Of a stretch of DNA of 64,000 nt, positions 28,420 through 38,562 are shown piece after piece (the stretch's first letter is position 1; every line of letters begins with the position of its first letter). The DNA lies in NCBI GenBank assembly GCA_963836235.1, contig CAWIIP010000004.1:224001-288000 (forward strand), given 5' to 3'. The notes under the pieces were generated by a model. It was not told the DNA's origin and searched no databases. It saw nothing but the letters and a program-made list of their open reading frames with translations. This DNA comes from an uncultured Pseudomonadota bacterium. GTDB taxonomy: Bacteria > Oederibacteriota > Muellerivitia > Muellerivitales > Muellerivitaceae. A program made the position numbers and the translations under genes.

Positions 28420-29028
28420 ATGCATCACATCATGGCGAAATTCTGGTGGATATTAGCCGTCCGGGGGATTTTAGGGATTCTCTTGGGTCTGGTTTCCATT
28501 GGGTGGATTATCGCCTTGAACGGATATTATCCGGATGGTTTTGGTTTGTCCCTTTTCGCGAAGTGGGCGACGATCGTCGCGACGTTGGTTTTGCTCTTGG
28601 GGCTTTACGCTTTTCTGGACGGTTTTTTTGCCGTTCTTTTGGGGGCTCAGGATTATGGGGACGGCCGCCGTTGGTGGACCCTTATAGTGGAGGGCATCTT
28701 GAGCATCGGTTTGGGGGTTTTAACTTGGCTCAAACCGGATTCGGTTTTGTTAATGCTCCTCTATTGGGTGGCGGGTTGGGCTTTTCTCACGGGTTTTCTG
28801 GAAATTTTCCAGGCTTTTGACTTGAACGAATATAAGGAAAGAAGGCGTCCCCTATTCTTCGCCGGGCTTTGTTCCGTAGTATTCGCGGTGTTGATCCTCG
28901 CTTTCCGGGAGGGTGGAATAACGCTCGTCTGGCTGATGGGAACCTATGCCTTCGCTTTCGGAATCCCCCTGCTTGTTTTTGCCTTCCGTTTACGCAGTTT
29001 TACCCCTGTTTCCCATCGGACCCGATAA
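28420..29028 (+). CDS. HdeD/DUF308 membrane protein
   Basis: WWILAVRG, GLYAFLDG, WAFLTG.LEI. Confidence 0.85.
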   Translation: MHHIMAKFWWILAVRGILGILLGLVSIGWIIALNGYYPDGFGLSLFAKWATIVATLVLLLGLYAFLDGFFAVLLGAQDYGDGRRWWTLIVEGILSIGLGVLTWLKPDSVLLMLLYWVAGWAFLTGFLEIFQAFDLNEYKERRRPLFFAGLCSVVFAVLILAFREGGITLVWLMGTYAFAFGIPLLVFAFRLRSFTPVSHRTR

Positions 29029-29161
29029 CCGCCGGTTCTTTAACTTTCCTAAAAAACCAAAATTTACGCCTTTTTTCTTCAACTTTCCCTTGTGACTTGG
29101 CGAAGTAAAACAGTAAAATTTTTCATTCTGTTTTTACCTTCTATCCGGGAAAGTCCTGCCA

Positions 29162-30370
29162 TTGAAGAAACAAAAGAAGGTCAAAAAACCAGTCGTTAAA
29201 GGACGAGCAAAACCCAAGTCCCTTTCAGGATTCAAGGAACTTCGTAAGGCCGGAGACCAGGTGGACCGGTTCAAAGGGGTCTTGGAAGCCGCGCCCGACG
29301 CCATGGTTATTGTGGGAAAGGATGGAAAGATCATCCTGGTGAACGCCCAGACCGAAATCCTTTTTGGTTACAACCGGGAGGAATTACTGGGCCAACGTAT
29401 CGAGATCCTCATCCCAGAGCGTTTTCGAGCCCATCATCCGGGCCAACGCGGCGGCTATTTTGTTTCCCCCAATGTAAGGCCCATGGGTCCGGGACTCGAT
29501 CTTTACGCCCTTCGGAAGGACGGGACTGAATTTCCGGCGGAAATCAGCCTGAGCCCGGTAGAGACACCGGATGGCATTTTTGCCACCGCCGCCATCCGGG
29601 ACATTACCGAGCGCAAAAGGCAAATGGAGGAAGAGAACCGGCGCATGCAGGAAGCCAGCCGCCTCAAGAGCGAGTTCCTGGCTAATATGTCCCATGAGCT
29701 CCGAACTCCCCTGAACGCCATCATCGGTTTTTCCGAACTGATGTACCATGAAAAGGTCGGCCCGGTTTCGGAAGAACACAAGGAATACCTGGGCGACATC
29801 CTCACCAGCGCCCGGCATCTTCTCCAGCTCATCAACGACGTGTTGGACCTGACCAAAGTGGAAGCAGGCAAGATGGAGTTCCGCCCTGAAGTCTTAGATT
29901 TAGTCAAAGTTGTCCGGGAAGTGAGGGACATCTTGAGGGGTCTGGCCAGCCCGAAAGGCATCCAAGTGGAAGTTCAAATCGACCCCCTCCTCACGAAAGT
30001 GGTCCTGGATGGTTCGAAATTCAAGCAAGTGCTTTATAACTACCTGTCCAATGCCCTCAAATTCACTCCTGATCAAGGGCGGGTAACCATTCACCTGAAC
30101 CCCCTCAACCAAACTATGTTTCGCCTCGAGGTAGAAGACACGGGCGTTGGCATCAAACCGGAAGATATCCACAAACTTTTCATCGAATTCCAGCAATTGG
30201 ACGCGGGTTCGGCCAAGAAATATGCCGGGACAGGCCTGGGGCTGGCCCTGACCAAACGAATCGTGGAGGCCCAGGGCGGGAAGGTGGGAGTTCGGAGCGA
30301 GTTTGGGAAAGGAAGCGTATTTTTCGCCGAATTCCCGATCGAAATGAAGGGGGTGTCCGGTGGCCGGTGA
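29162..30370 (+). CDS. PAS-domain sensor histidine kinase
   Basis: [36 protein letters not shown]. Confidence 0.95.
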   Translation: MKKQKKVKKPVVKGRAKPKSLSGFKELRKAGDQVDRFKGVLEAAPDAMVIVGKDGKIILVNAQTEILFGYNREELLGQRIEILIPERFRAHHPGQRGGYFVSPNVRPMGPGLDLYALRKDGTEFPAEISLSPVETPDGIFATAAIRDITERKRQMEEENRRMQEASRLKSEFLANMSHELRTPLNAIIGFSELMYHEKVGPVSEEHKEYLGDILTSARHLLQLINDVLDLTKVEAGKMEFRPEVLDLVKVVREVRDILRGLASPKGIQVEVQIDPLLTKVVLDGSKFKQVLYNYLSNALKFTPDQGRVTIHLNPLNQTMFRLEVEDTGVGIKPEDIHKLFIEFQQLDAGSAKKYAGTGLGLALTKRIVEAQGGKVGVRSEFGKGSVFFAEFPIEMKGVSGGR

Positions 30371-30743
30371 AACCATCCTGATCGTGGATGACAGTCCTAT
30401 CAATTTGAAGCTGGTAAAGGTGTTATTGATCAAGGAAGGATACCAGGTGCAAACCGCTATTGACGCGGAGGAGGGCTTAAAATCCATCCAGGTTTCCAAG
30501 CCCCGATTGATCCTCACGGACATCCAGTTACCCGGCATGGATGGACTGGAAATGACAAGAAGGCTCAAAGCCTCTCCTGAAACCGCGGATATTAAGGTGG
30601 TTGCCTTGACGGCTTACGCCATGAAGGGTGACGAAGAAAAGGCCCGGGCGGCGGGCTGCGACGGTTATATTACCAAGCCAATCGATACCCAGGCCCTGCC
30701 GGGTTTGATAGCGAAGCAACTCCAAAATGGAAACGGAAAATAA
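30360..30743 (+). CDS. single-domain response regulator (DivK-like)
   Basis: [24 protein letters not shown]. Confidence 0.9.
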   Translation: MAGETILIVDDSPINLKLVKVLLIKEGYQVQTAIDAEEGLKSIQVSKPRLILTDIQLPGMDGLEMTRRLKASPETADIKVVALTAYAMKGDEEKARAAGCDGYITKPIDTQALPGLIAKQLQNGNGK

Positions 30744-32142
30744 AGTGAGCAAAATCCTCGTCGTGGACGATGACGCGATTGAACGCCGGCTCTTGACCAC
30801 CCTTCTGGGCAAGGTGGGAGGTTACGAGGTGGTGACGGCCGAAACAGGCCGGTTGGGCTTGGAGCGGGCCGTCGAATCGGTGGAAGCGGTTCTTTTGGAC
30901 CTTCAACTTCCCGACATGAGCGGCATGGAGGTTCTCCAGAAACTCAAAGCATCACGCCCGCAGCTTCCGGTGCTCATGCTGACCGGGGTGACCGACATTC
31001 AAAAGGCCGTGGAAGCCACCCGGTTGGGGGCCTACAACTATCTCACCAAACCTTTTGAGAATGATCACTTGCTCCTCAACGTTAGGCACGCGCTTGAGAA
31101 AAACGAGCTTCTGGCCCAAATGGAGGAACTCCGCCAGAGGGCGGGCAAGGGCCCGGCCCTCAGCCGTATCTTGGGAAAAAGCCGTGGCATCGAAGAAGTA
31201 CTTAGCCAGATCAAAAAGGTGGCCGGTTCCACCCTCACGGTGCTAATTCAGGGAGAAACGGGAACAGGCAAGGAACTGGCGGCCCGGGCACTGCACGAGG
31301 AAAGTCCAAGGCGCAATAAGCCCTTTGTGGCCATTGATTGCGGGGCCTTGGCGGAAAATCTTCTGGAATCGGAACTTTTTGGCCATGAAAAGGGAGCCTT
31401 TACCAGCGCGGACCGCCGGAAAGAGGGGCAATTGGTTCTTGCCCAGGGAGGAACCCTTTTCCTGGATGAGGTGGGAAATCTCCCGGTCGGCCTACAGGCC
31501 AAATTGCTGAGGGTTTTGCAGGAACGTCAGGTGAAACCAGTGGGCGCTGAAAAATCCATTGCCATCGATGTCCGTTTCATCGCGGCGACCAACGTGCCGC
31601 TAGAAGAAGAGGCCAAGGCGGGAAAATTCCGACAGGACCTTTATTACCGCTTGGCCGAGTTTACCCTCAAATTGCCACCATTAAGGGAGCGGCGGGAAGA
31701 CATCTTGCCCTTATCCCAAAAGTTTCTGGAAGAAGCCTCCTTGGAACTCAGGCGTACCGTCGGATCTTTTTCGGGAGATGCCGAAAAGCTTCTTTTGGCT
31801 CATGTTTGGCCCGGCAACATTCGAGAACTTCGCAATGTCGTCCGCCAGTCGGTTTTGTTGGCTTCGGGCCCGATTGTTCAAGTAGAACAAATCAAAGATC
31901 TTTTAAAGGGAACCTCCGCCTCCCTGGAATCGCCTGGGCCGGTGGAGGTGCCCATCCTGCCGGGACAATCGCTCAAGCAAATCGCTGAGAACGCCGTGGA
32001 AGAGGCAGAAAAACAAGCTATTCGGAGCGTTCTTAAGTCCACCAAGGGAAATAAGAGCCAAGCCTCCAAAATCCTCAAAACGGACTATAAGACTCTTCAT
32101 GTCAAGATCAAGAAATACGGTCTGAAAGCCTCCGAAGAATAA
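30727..32142 (+). CDS. sigma54-dependent NtrC-family response regulator
   Basis: Receiver, GETGTGKE, ESELFGHEKGAFTSA, WPGNIREL, Fis HTH. Confidence 0.95.
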   Translation: METENKVSKILVVDDDAIERRLLTTLLGKVGGYEVVTAETGRLGLERAVESVEAVLLDLQLPDMSGMEVLQKLKASRPQLPVLMLTGVTDIQKAVEATRLGAYNYLTKPFENDHLLLNVRHALEKNELLAQMEELRQRAGKGPALSRILGKSRGIEEVLSQIKKVAGSTLTVLIQGETGTGKELAARALHEESPRRNKPFVAIDCGALAENLLESELFGHEKGAFTSADRRKEGQLVLAQGGTLFLDEVGNLPVGLQAKLLRVLQERQVKPVGAEKSIAIDVRFIAATNVPLEEEAKAGKFRQDLYYRLAEFTLKLPPLRERREDILPLSQKFLEEASLELRRTVGSFSGDAEKLLLAHVWPGNIRELRNVVRQSVLLASGPIVQVEQIKDLLKGTSASLESPGPVEVPILPGQSLKQIAENAVEEAEKQAIRSVLKSTKGNKSQASKILKTDYKTLHVKIKKYGLKASEE

Positions 32143-32198
32143 AAGCGTCAAATTAAACACGAATGATCCTTCCGGACGTCGCTGCCTATGGCATGGCC

Positions 32199-32220
32199 AC
32201 TATGGCGTTAACGCCATAGT
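32199..32220. promoter_or_regulatory. putative enhancer (bEBP-binding palindrome)
   Basis: Perfect 22-bp palindrome ACTATGGCGTTAACGCCATAGT plus half-site CTATGGC at 32186. Confidence 0.55.
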
Positions 32221-32277
32221 TCCCGCTTTTTCCCCAAGTCCCTCTTCCAAAACACCCTGTTTTTAACCATTTTTCAG

Positions 32278-32294
32278 CGGCATTGTCTTTGCTT
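32278..32294 (+). promoter_or_regulatory. sigma54 -24/-12 promoter
   Basis: CGGCATTGTCTTTGCTT = GG-N10-GC, ~50 bp before ATG 32344. Confidence 0.65.
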
Positions 32295-32343
32295 TATACC
32301 CAATAGAAGTTATCCAGTTTTCCAGAAAGCAAGGACCTTCAAC

Positions 32344-32748
32344 ATGCTGAACGAACCCATTCTTATCGTGGACGATAATTTGATGAACCTGAAACTCGAG
32401 AAAAGACTCCTAGAAGCGGAGAAATATCAGGTGCTCACGGCGCAAAACGCTGAAGAGACCATAAAGCTCCTGGAGTTTTTCCACCCTCGGCTGATCCTGA
32501 TGGATTTTCAATTGCCGGGTTTGGATGGCGTGGAACTTACCAAAAAAATAAGGTCAAATCCCGAATACCGGAAAATGGTCATCTTGATGGTGACCTCTAA
32601 CGACCAGCAGGGAGACGAAGCCAAGGCAAAAGCCGCGGGATGCGATGGTTACCTGCTCAAGCCCATCGATACCCAGGCTTTGCCGGCCATTATCGCAGGT
32701 TATTTGAGGGATGGGCATGGCACCGGCCAATCCGGGAACAAAAAATAA
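32344..32748 (+). CDS. single-domain response regulator (paralog of 30360)
   Basis: [29 protein letters not shown]. Confidence 0.9.
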   Translation: MLNEPILIVDDNLMNLKLEKRLLEAEKYQVLTAQNAEETIKLLEFFHPRLILMDFQLPGLDGVELTKKIRSNPEYRKMVILMVTSNDQQGDEAKAKAAGCDGYLLKPIDTQALPAIIAGYLRDGHGTGQSGNKK

Positions 32749-32790
32749 TCAATCGAAAGCAGCCTGGAATATTTTGGCAAGGAGGACAAT

Positions 32791-33489
32791 ATGCTGACTA
32801 TCAACAAGAACCGGACGACCTCATTTTCGGCAACGCCCCGCAGTTTTCTCGCCACGACGAATATCTTTAAAGCCGTTCCCGTTGAGGCTTTGAGGGAAAT
32901 TGAGCGCCGAGTGGTTGAGAAAAAATTCCTCAAGGGCGCGTCTCTTTTTCTGGAAGGCGATCCGGCCCAATATGTGTGGTTTGTCAAGGAAGGACATGTG
33001 AAGGCGGTCATCAACGCCCCCAATGGGCGCTGCCAGACCCTTTGCATGGTGGGCCCCCAAAATATGTTTGGCTCCTGCTGTTCTTTAAACGGGAACGCCT
33101 ACACTTGCAATGGGGTTGCCGAAACCGATGTCACCGTTGTTTCTTTCCCCCTGTCCGATTTCCTCGCTTTGATGGGGCGCTATCCCCAAATTTCCCTGGC
33201 CGTGGTGGCGCATGTTTCCAAGCGCCTACGTCATTCCAAGGACATGCAAGCCTTCGAACAGGAAAGCGTCGAAAAGCGAATCCTGCATGTTTTGGTGGAT
33301 ATGGTGGGGGAATTCGGGAACACCATACCTTTGACCCGCCGGGAGATCGCGGAAATGGCCGGCACGACCGTGGAAACTTCCATACGCACCTTTTCCAGGC
33401 TGGAGGGGGAGGGGCTGGTTTCCACCGTTCGCGGGAAAATCACCGTTAAAAGCCTTCAAGTCTTGAACGACTATTTGGAAAAGGAGTGA
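32791..33489 (+). CDS. Crp/Fnr-family transcriptional regulator
   Basis: cNMP-like barrel containing 5 Cys; HTH LTRREIAEMAGTTVETSIRTFSRL. Confidence 0.9.
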   Translation: MLTINKNRTTSFSATPRSFLATTNIFKAVPVEALREIERRVVEKKFLKGASLFLEGDPAQYVWFVKEGHVKAVINAPNGRCQTLCMVGPQNMFGSCCSLNGNAYTCNGVAETDVTVVSFPLSDFLALMGRYPQISLAVVAHVSKRLRHSKDMQAFEQESVEKRILHVLVDMVGEFGNTIPLTRREIAEMAGTTVETSIRTFSRLEGEGLVSTVRGKITVKSLQVLNDYLEKE

Positions 33490-33683
33490 TGATGGGCTCT
33501 TGGAACCGGAAAGCAAAAACCGACCGTCAGGGCAAAAAACGTTCCGCATTGAAAGGTCTCCTGCGATTCGAGAAAACCGTGCCGGTTTATTCGCCTAAAC
33601 CGGAGGCCGTAAACCCGCTCTTCTATATCGCCTATTCGGCCGAATTTCCGAAACCGGCCTTCAAGCACGCATAAGAGGGACCC

Positions 33684-33992
33684 ATGACTGAACCTCAGAG
33701 CGGTTTGTGGGACAGGATGATCCAGCACCTGCGGGATTATGACCACCGAAGCCTTTCCTTCCACGGTTTAGTTTATCACCTGAAAAAAACGGTCGAAGTC
33801 GTGGAACTCGAGGAAGGGGAATTCTTGCGGGGTTGGCGCGGGGTTTGGAACCCTCTCGCGGAAATCGTCCGTCAAAATCCCGCGGCGGATGTCGACCCCA
33901 TGGAAGTCCAGCCCCGGGTCGAACATCTGCGGACCTTTTTAATTTTCGGAAAAAGTAAATACTCCCCCAAGAACCCTTTCGCGCAACCCTAG
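33684..33992 (+). CDS. hypothetical protein
   Basis: RBS GAGGG, 102 aa. Confidence 0.55.
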   Translation: MTEPQSGLWDRMIQHLRDYDHRSLSFHGLVYHLKKTVEVVELEEGEFLRGWRGVWNPLAEIVRQNPAADVDPMEVQPRVEHLRTFLIFGKSKYSPKNPFAQP

Positions 33993-34048
33993 AAGGCCGC
34001 GGGAAAAACGAAAATCCAAAAAACCTACCCTAAATTGAATCTTGAGTT

Positions 34049-34064
34049 TATGACAGGGATCATG
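34049..34064. promoter_or_regulatory. Crp/Fnr-type box
   Basis: TATGACAGGGATCATG; TAGGTT at 34086. Confidence 0.75.
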
Positions 34065-34120
34065 GCGGCCTTTTTCAAAGGGCGATAGGTTAAAGCCGTG
34101 AGATCCTAAAGGAGAGACCC

Positions 34121-34420
34121 ATGAAGCCAAGTCTAACGGGTAAAAAAACCGATTGGGTCCAAACGCTGAAACCGGGCGATGAAATCACCTTGGATATGAC
34201 GGCGCTGGTCGAAAATGGGCTTGAACCCATGTCGGCTGTTTTGGAGACGGTGGAGGACATGAGGCCTTGCCAATGCCTCCATGTGGTTTTCTGCCATGAA
34301 CCGCTTGTTCTTTGCAAGGCGTTGGAGGAAAGGGGTTTTGAACATTACGCCCAATGCAGGAAGGGTGTTTGGGACATCTACTTTAGGCAAAAGGATTGCC
34401 CCTGCCCCGGACACTTTTAA
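34121..34420 (+). CDS. DUF2249/TusA-like protein
   Basis: LD......EPMSAVL......LHVV..HEP..L...LEERGF...W.IYF. Confidence 0.75.
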   Translation: MKPSLTGKKTDWVQTLKPGDEITLDMTALVENGLEPMSAVLETVEDMRPCQCLHVVFCHEPLVLCKALEERGFEHYAQCRKGVWDIYFRQKDCPCPGHF

Positions 34421-34467
34421 TAAAAATGTTTTTGCCTTAAGTGAAGGTTTTTTTAAGGAGGTCAGTC

Positions 34468-34986
34468 ATGAAAAAGTTATTTTTTCTTTTGGCTTTAATT
34501 CTGGCGGTGGGACCCGTCTTGGCGGATGATTTGCATCCGGTGGCGCAGGACCAAGCCATCCAGCAATACCAAGATTTCTGGAAAACCGAGACGCCTGATC
34601 CGATGAATCATATCGTTTGGAAGCTTTATGTTTACCGGGCAATTCCGCCAGCCGCAAATCCCAAAAGCGCTTTGGAGTTCCTCGTTGGCGGATTGTCTCC
34701 CTACCACAATTATTATGTCCGGCTTAATATCAACCAATTGTACAACTTCCTGCATCCCCTTCCGCAAAGGGGGGATGTCATTGTGGTGAGCGGCCGAGTC
34801 CGCGACCACCGGGATTACCACGCGACTCTCCCGAAGAAGGAAGTGATTTTAAAGAGCCTTACCCTGGATTTGGACGACGCGAACGCCGTGCCTAACGAAC
34901 ATTTTGACCCTTCGGTGTGGCCCAGCCCCACGCCTGGGGCCGCCCCAGCAGTTTCACCCGCGGTCGGCAATCCAACCTCGCGTTGA
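34468..34986 (+). CDS. secreted hypothetical protein (OB-fold-like) with Pro-rich tail
   Basis: AAGGAGG RBS, signal peptide MKKLFFLLAL. Confidence 0.7.
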   Translation: MKKLFFLLALILAVGPVLADDLHPVAQDQAIQQYQDFWKTETPDPMNHIVWKLYVYRAIPPAANPKSALEFLVGGLSPYHNYYVRLNINQLYNFLHPLPQRGDVIVVSGRVRDHRDYHATLPKKEVILKSLTLDLDDANAVPNEHFDPSVWPSPTPGAAPAVSPAVGNPTSR

Positions 34987-35086
34987 ATCTGTTATGGATC
35001 GTAAACGAAAATAAGACTTTTCTTTAGCATGAATCTTAAAAGGGGAGGCGTTCGCCTCCCCTAAAAATAAAACCATGGAGGAAGAA

Positions 35087-35212
35087 ATGAAAAAAGTTAA
35101 AGCGAGAGCTAAAAAAGTTTATAAAGCCTGCGCTGGATGCGGTGGAAAAATATTGAAAAGCAAGGGAATGATGTCGCGTGGCAAGTTTTATTGCTGTGCG
35201 GGTTGCAAATAA
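35087..35212 (+). CDS. 41-aa metal-binding peptide (CxxC...YCCxGC, TRASH/metallothionein-like); not on ORF track
   Basis: GGAGG RBS; MKKVKARAKKVYKACAGCGGKILKSKGMMSRGKFYCCAGCK. Confidence 0.65.
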   Translation: MKKVKARAKKVYKACAGCGGKILKSKGMMSRGKFYCCAGCK

Positions 35213-35263
35213 CCTGCGAGTGAAATTTTGAGGGGAGAGGTCCCTTGGCCGAAGGAAGAGTTA

Positions 35264-35623
35264 ATGAACACTATTTTATGGATTTTACAATTTTTGTTAG
35301 CTGGAATCTTTCTGTGGGACGGTTACCTTAAGTATTACAAGCCTGAAACGATGAAAGCGCAGGGCTTGGAGGATATGGGACTTCTCCTCTTCATCGGTTT
35401 ATGCGAGATGTTCGGGGCGGGGGGTTTACTTCTTCCCGCCCTCATGCGTGGGATTTCCTGGCTAATACCTTTGGCCGCATTGGGGATCGCCATGATCATG
35501 ATTCTTGCCGCCCGTTTCCGCCTAAAACGCCATGAAGCCAAGGCCGCCGGGCTCACCTTCCTCCTGCTGTTCCTGTCGGTTTTCGTGGCCTGTGGACGGT
35601 TCTTTCTTTCTCCGCTGGACTGA
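35264..35623 (+). CDS. DoxX-family membrane protein
   Basis: LWILQFLLA..F...G.LK, FIGLCEMFGA.GLLLP. Confidence 0.85.
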   Translation: MNTILWILQFLLAGIFLWDGYLKYYKPETMKAQGLEDMGLLLFIGLCEMFGAGGLLLPALMRGISWLIPLAALGIAMIMILAARFRLKRHEAKAAGLTFLLLFLSVFVACGRFFLSPLD

Positions 35624-35668
35624 AGAGGGCTGATAACGGGTATGATGATCCCCAATCGTCCTTGAGTT

Positions 35669-36328
35669 TTGGGGGCGGCTTCAGATCAACACGGGGTTTC
35701 TGTTTTGCTCGACTACTTGCAGTCCTTACTTACGCACTACGGTTATTCGGCCCTTTTCTTCGTGCTTTTCCTGAACAACCTCGGCATTCCCGCTCCCGGG
35801 ACTTCGATCCTTTTGGGGGCCGGTCTTTTCGTGGGGAAAGGGATTCTTTCTTTTTGGATGACGGTCGTCACCGCCACGGCAGCCTGTTTCCTGGGAAGCA
35901 ATTGCGGTTATTGGCTGGGCCTGAGGTTTGGACTCCCTCTTTTGGGCAAGATCCATTGGCTCCACCTCACCCATCAACGGATCAAGCATATGGAACGGTT
36001 TTTCAAAAGGTACGGACCAAAAGGTGTCTTCTTTGCCCGGTTCGTGGCCTTTCTTCATCCGCTCATCGGCCTTATGGCAGGCGTCGGAAAAACGCCGAAA
36101 GGTCCTTTCCTCATTTACAACCTTGCCGGTGCGGCGGTCTATAGCCTGCTTTATACCCTGGCGGGGAATTGGTTCGGGTCCAAATGGGGGCTCCATAATG
36201 TCTGGATGGTTCATATGAGCTCTTACATCCTTTTATTGGTGGTCGTCCTCATTCTCTTGAGTCTCTTTTGGCGCTATTCCATTCATAGTTTTTTGGGTTA
36301 TATATATTTCAAAAAAAGGCGCCGGTAG
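35669..36328 (+). CDS. DedA-family protein (true start probably ~35705)
   Basis: LTHYGY, GIPAPG, FFKRYG..GVFFARFV, AG. Confidence 0.85.
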   Translation: MGAASDQHGVSVLLDYLQSLLTHYGYSALFFVLFLNNLGIPAPGTSILLGAGLFVGKGILSFWMTVVTATAACFLGSNCGYWLGLRFGLPLLGKIHWLHLTHQRIKHMERFFKRYGPKGVFFARFVAFLHPLIGLMAGVGKTPKGPFLIYNLAGAAVYSLLYTLAGNWFGSKWGLHNVWMVHMSSYILLLVVVLILLSLFWRYSIHSFLGYIYFKKRRR

Positions 36329-36399
36329 TATCGGCCAGGTACCCCTTAGCATCCTACCGGGCATCCAAAGGGCTAAATAGGTTAAACTGTCGCTTCAAC

Positions 36400-36633
36400 C
36401 TATGGATCGTATTGGCTTTGGTTTTTTTTATTTCTTGAACCTTCTTTTTCCTCGTGGACTTCCAGGATGGGCTCGATCCTGGCAAACTCCTCAAGGGATA
36501 TCTGGTGGGGCTGGCCGCCGGAAACCTCAATCAAGCAGATGGGTTCTTCCGCCGAACTGGAGATGGCTGAAACCTGGTCGAGATTCAGCCATAAATTCTT
36601 ATTGTCGATCGTCTTGACGTGAATGAAGGGCAT
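36400..36633 (-). CDS. small hypothetical protein
   Basis: GAGGAG RBS, follows SDR. Confidence 0.6.
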   Translation of the reverse strand: MPFIHVKTIDNKNLWLNLDQVSAISSSAEEPICLIEVSGGQPHQISLEEFARIEPILEVHEEKEGSRNKKNQSQYDP

Positions 36634-36645
36634 GCTTTCTCCTCC

Positions 36646-37437
36646 TCAAGAAAGCAGCATTCCGCCGTCCACGACCACCAATGCGCCGGTCATGTAATTG
36701 GCGGCGCCGGAGGCCAGGAACAGCACCACTTTGGCGATGTCATCGGGAACCCCCATGCGCTTGAGGGGGATCCGGCTCATGAAACCGTCCATCATTTCCT
36801 TCATTTGGGCCGGCGTCATACCGCTTCCCGCCAGGGGTTGGGCGGTGCCTTCGGTGTTGATCCCGCCGGGCGCGATGGCGTTGACCAGGATGCCATGGGG
36901 GGCCACTTCCACCGCGAAGTTCTTGGTGAAACTCAGGACTCCGCCTTTGGAAGCGTCATAGGCCGCCAAGCCCACCATGGAAGGGTGGACGCTGTCGATC
37001 GAGGCGATGTTGATGATCCGGCCCCGGCTTTCCTGCTTCATCATTTGGAGCGCCGCTGCCTTGGACAGGAAGGCCATACCCCGAAGGTTGATGGCGTAAA
37101 CCTTGTCGAAGAGGGCGGAGTCCATTTTCAGCATCGGAACTTGGGGGTAAATACCAGCGTTGTTGACCAGAATATCCAGTTTCCCGAAATCACTCACGCA
37201 GGCCTTTACTGCCTTTTCCCAACTCTCGTCCTTGGATATATCCAGAGCCAGGGTCCGCACCTTTCCCTTTTTTAAGCGGTTTGGCACGTTCTCCAGGGCT
37301 TTTGGATTCACGTCAACCACCATCACTTCGGCACCCGCTTCCACCAACCGTTCGGTGATTCCGAATCCGATACCCAAGGCCCCGCCAGTGACAATGGCGG
37401 CTTTTCCTGTTATGTCAAAAGGATTTGTGTTTTCCAT
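36646..37437 (-). CDS. SDR-family oxidoreductase
   Basis: TGGALGIG, NNAG, YDASK. Confidence 0.95.
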   Translation of the reverse strand: MENTNPFDITGKAAIVTGGALGIGFGITERLVEAGAEVMVVDVNPKALENVPNRLKKGKVRTLALDISKDESWEKAVKACVSDFGKLDILVNNAGIYPQVPMLKMDSALFDKVYAINLRGMAFLSKAAALQMMKQESRGRIINIASIDSVHPSMVGLAAYDASKGGVLSFTKNFAVEVAPHGILVNAIAPGGINTEGTAQPLAGSGMTPAQMKEMMDGFMSRIPLKRMGVPDDIAKVVLFLASGAANYMTGALVVVDGGMLLS

Positions 37438-37502
37438 GACCGACCTCCAAACAATATGCTTTCAACTTATTTATTAGGATGCACCCAGAATAATTTTGCC
37501 GC

Positions 37503-37567
37503 TATGACAGGGGTCATGTTGCGGACTACCGAATCCCGAACTTTGAAATTATATGAGCCCTGTCATG
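37503..37567. promoter_or_regulatory. two Crp/Fnr-type boxes in the SDR/ric divergent promoter
   Basis: TATGACAGGGGTCATG (37503) and TATGAGCCCTGTCATG (37552); CATCCT (-) and GATAAT (+) at the same spacing. Confidence 0.75.
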
Positions 37568-37642
37568 CGTGAAATCTCAAGGAATAAAGATAATGATTAA
37601 TCAATAGGGGAAAGAGGGGCCTTGGGTTGAAGGAGGAGTGAA

Positions 37643-38377
37643 ATGAAAGTCGATCCAGCCCAGGCGGTGGGGCAAATCGCCGTCGAATTCAAGGAAGCCA
37701 TTCCTGTTTTCGAAAAATTCAACATCAATTATTATAGCGAAGGCAATAGGACTTTGCGGGAAGCCTGCTATATCGCGGGTGTGCCGATGGAGAACATCGC
37801 GGCGGCCTTGGAAGAAGTCCAGCACCGCCACCAGGAATGGTACAAGCAGGAACCGGACTGGTGGAATGAGTCCATGGCGGATTTGATCGTCTATATCGTG
37901 GGCGTCCACCACGTTTATACCCGTGGGCAACTGAACCGAATCGAGGAAATGCTGGATGCCCTGACGGCGAAGAAGGGCAAGTCGAACCCCGAGCTGATCG
38001 CCGTCCGGCGTCTTTTCCTGAAGATGGCCGAGGACTTGCGGGTCCACCTGTTGCGGGAGGAGGAAACGGTGTTCCCCTACTTGATCCAAGCCGAAAGGGC
38101 GGTACAGCGCAATGAGCCCATCCCCCGCCCCTTCACGGGTTACAACAGTTTTACCCATCCCATCCGCGCCCTGCTCTTTGAGCACGGTATGATGGACCGG
38201 GAATGGAGGGACATCGTGCAATTGACCCATCATTTCGAGCCGCCCGCCTCCCAGCGTAAAATGCTGCGCCCCCTCTATGAGGCCATGAAGGAACTGGAAA
38301 AGGACGACGAAAAGCACATCCACCTGGAAAATAATATCTTGCTCAAGAAGGCCACCCAAATGGGCCTGTTGGATTAG
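37643..38377 (+). CDS. ric: Ric/YtfE/ScdA-like hemerythrin di-iron protein
   Basis: HH.YTR, HL.REE..FP, EH, HIHLENNIL; N-terminal DUF542 with DYCCGG degenerated to NYYSEG. Confidence 0.85.
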   Translation: MKVDPAQAVGQIAVEFKEAIPVFEKFNINYYSEGNRTLREACYIAGVPMENIAAALEEVQHRHQEWYKQEPDWWNESMADLIVYIVGVHHVYTRGQLNRIEEMLDALTAKKGKSNPELIAVRRLFLKMAEDLRVHLLREEETVFPYLIQAERAVQRNEPIPRPFTGYNSFTHPIRALLFEHGMMDREWRDIVQLTHHFEPPASQRKMLRPLYEAMKELEKDDEKHIHLENNILLKKATQMGLLD

Positions 38378-38562
38378 TGCGTACCGCTACCAGCCAGCAC
38401 GTTGTTAAAGGATTTTCCACTTGCAGGATTTGGTAATAGATTTTCCCATTTCTTTCGATCGAGGGCCCGACTTTTAGCATGATCCATAAAGGACGCTGGG
38501 TTGTGGAGGCCCTTTTTCCATGGTTCCCCGGCGCACCCGGTCCTCCGGTTCCCGAAGGGAAA

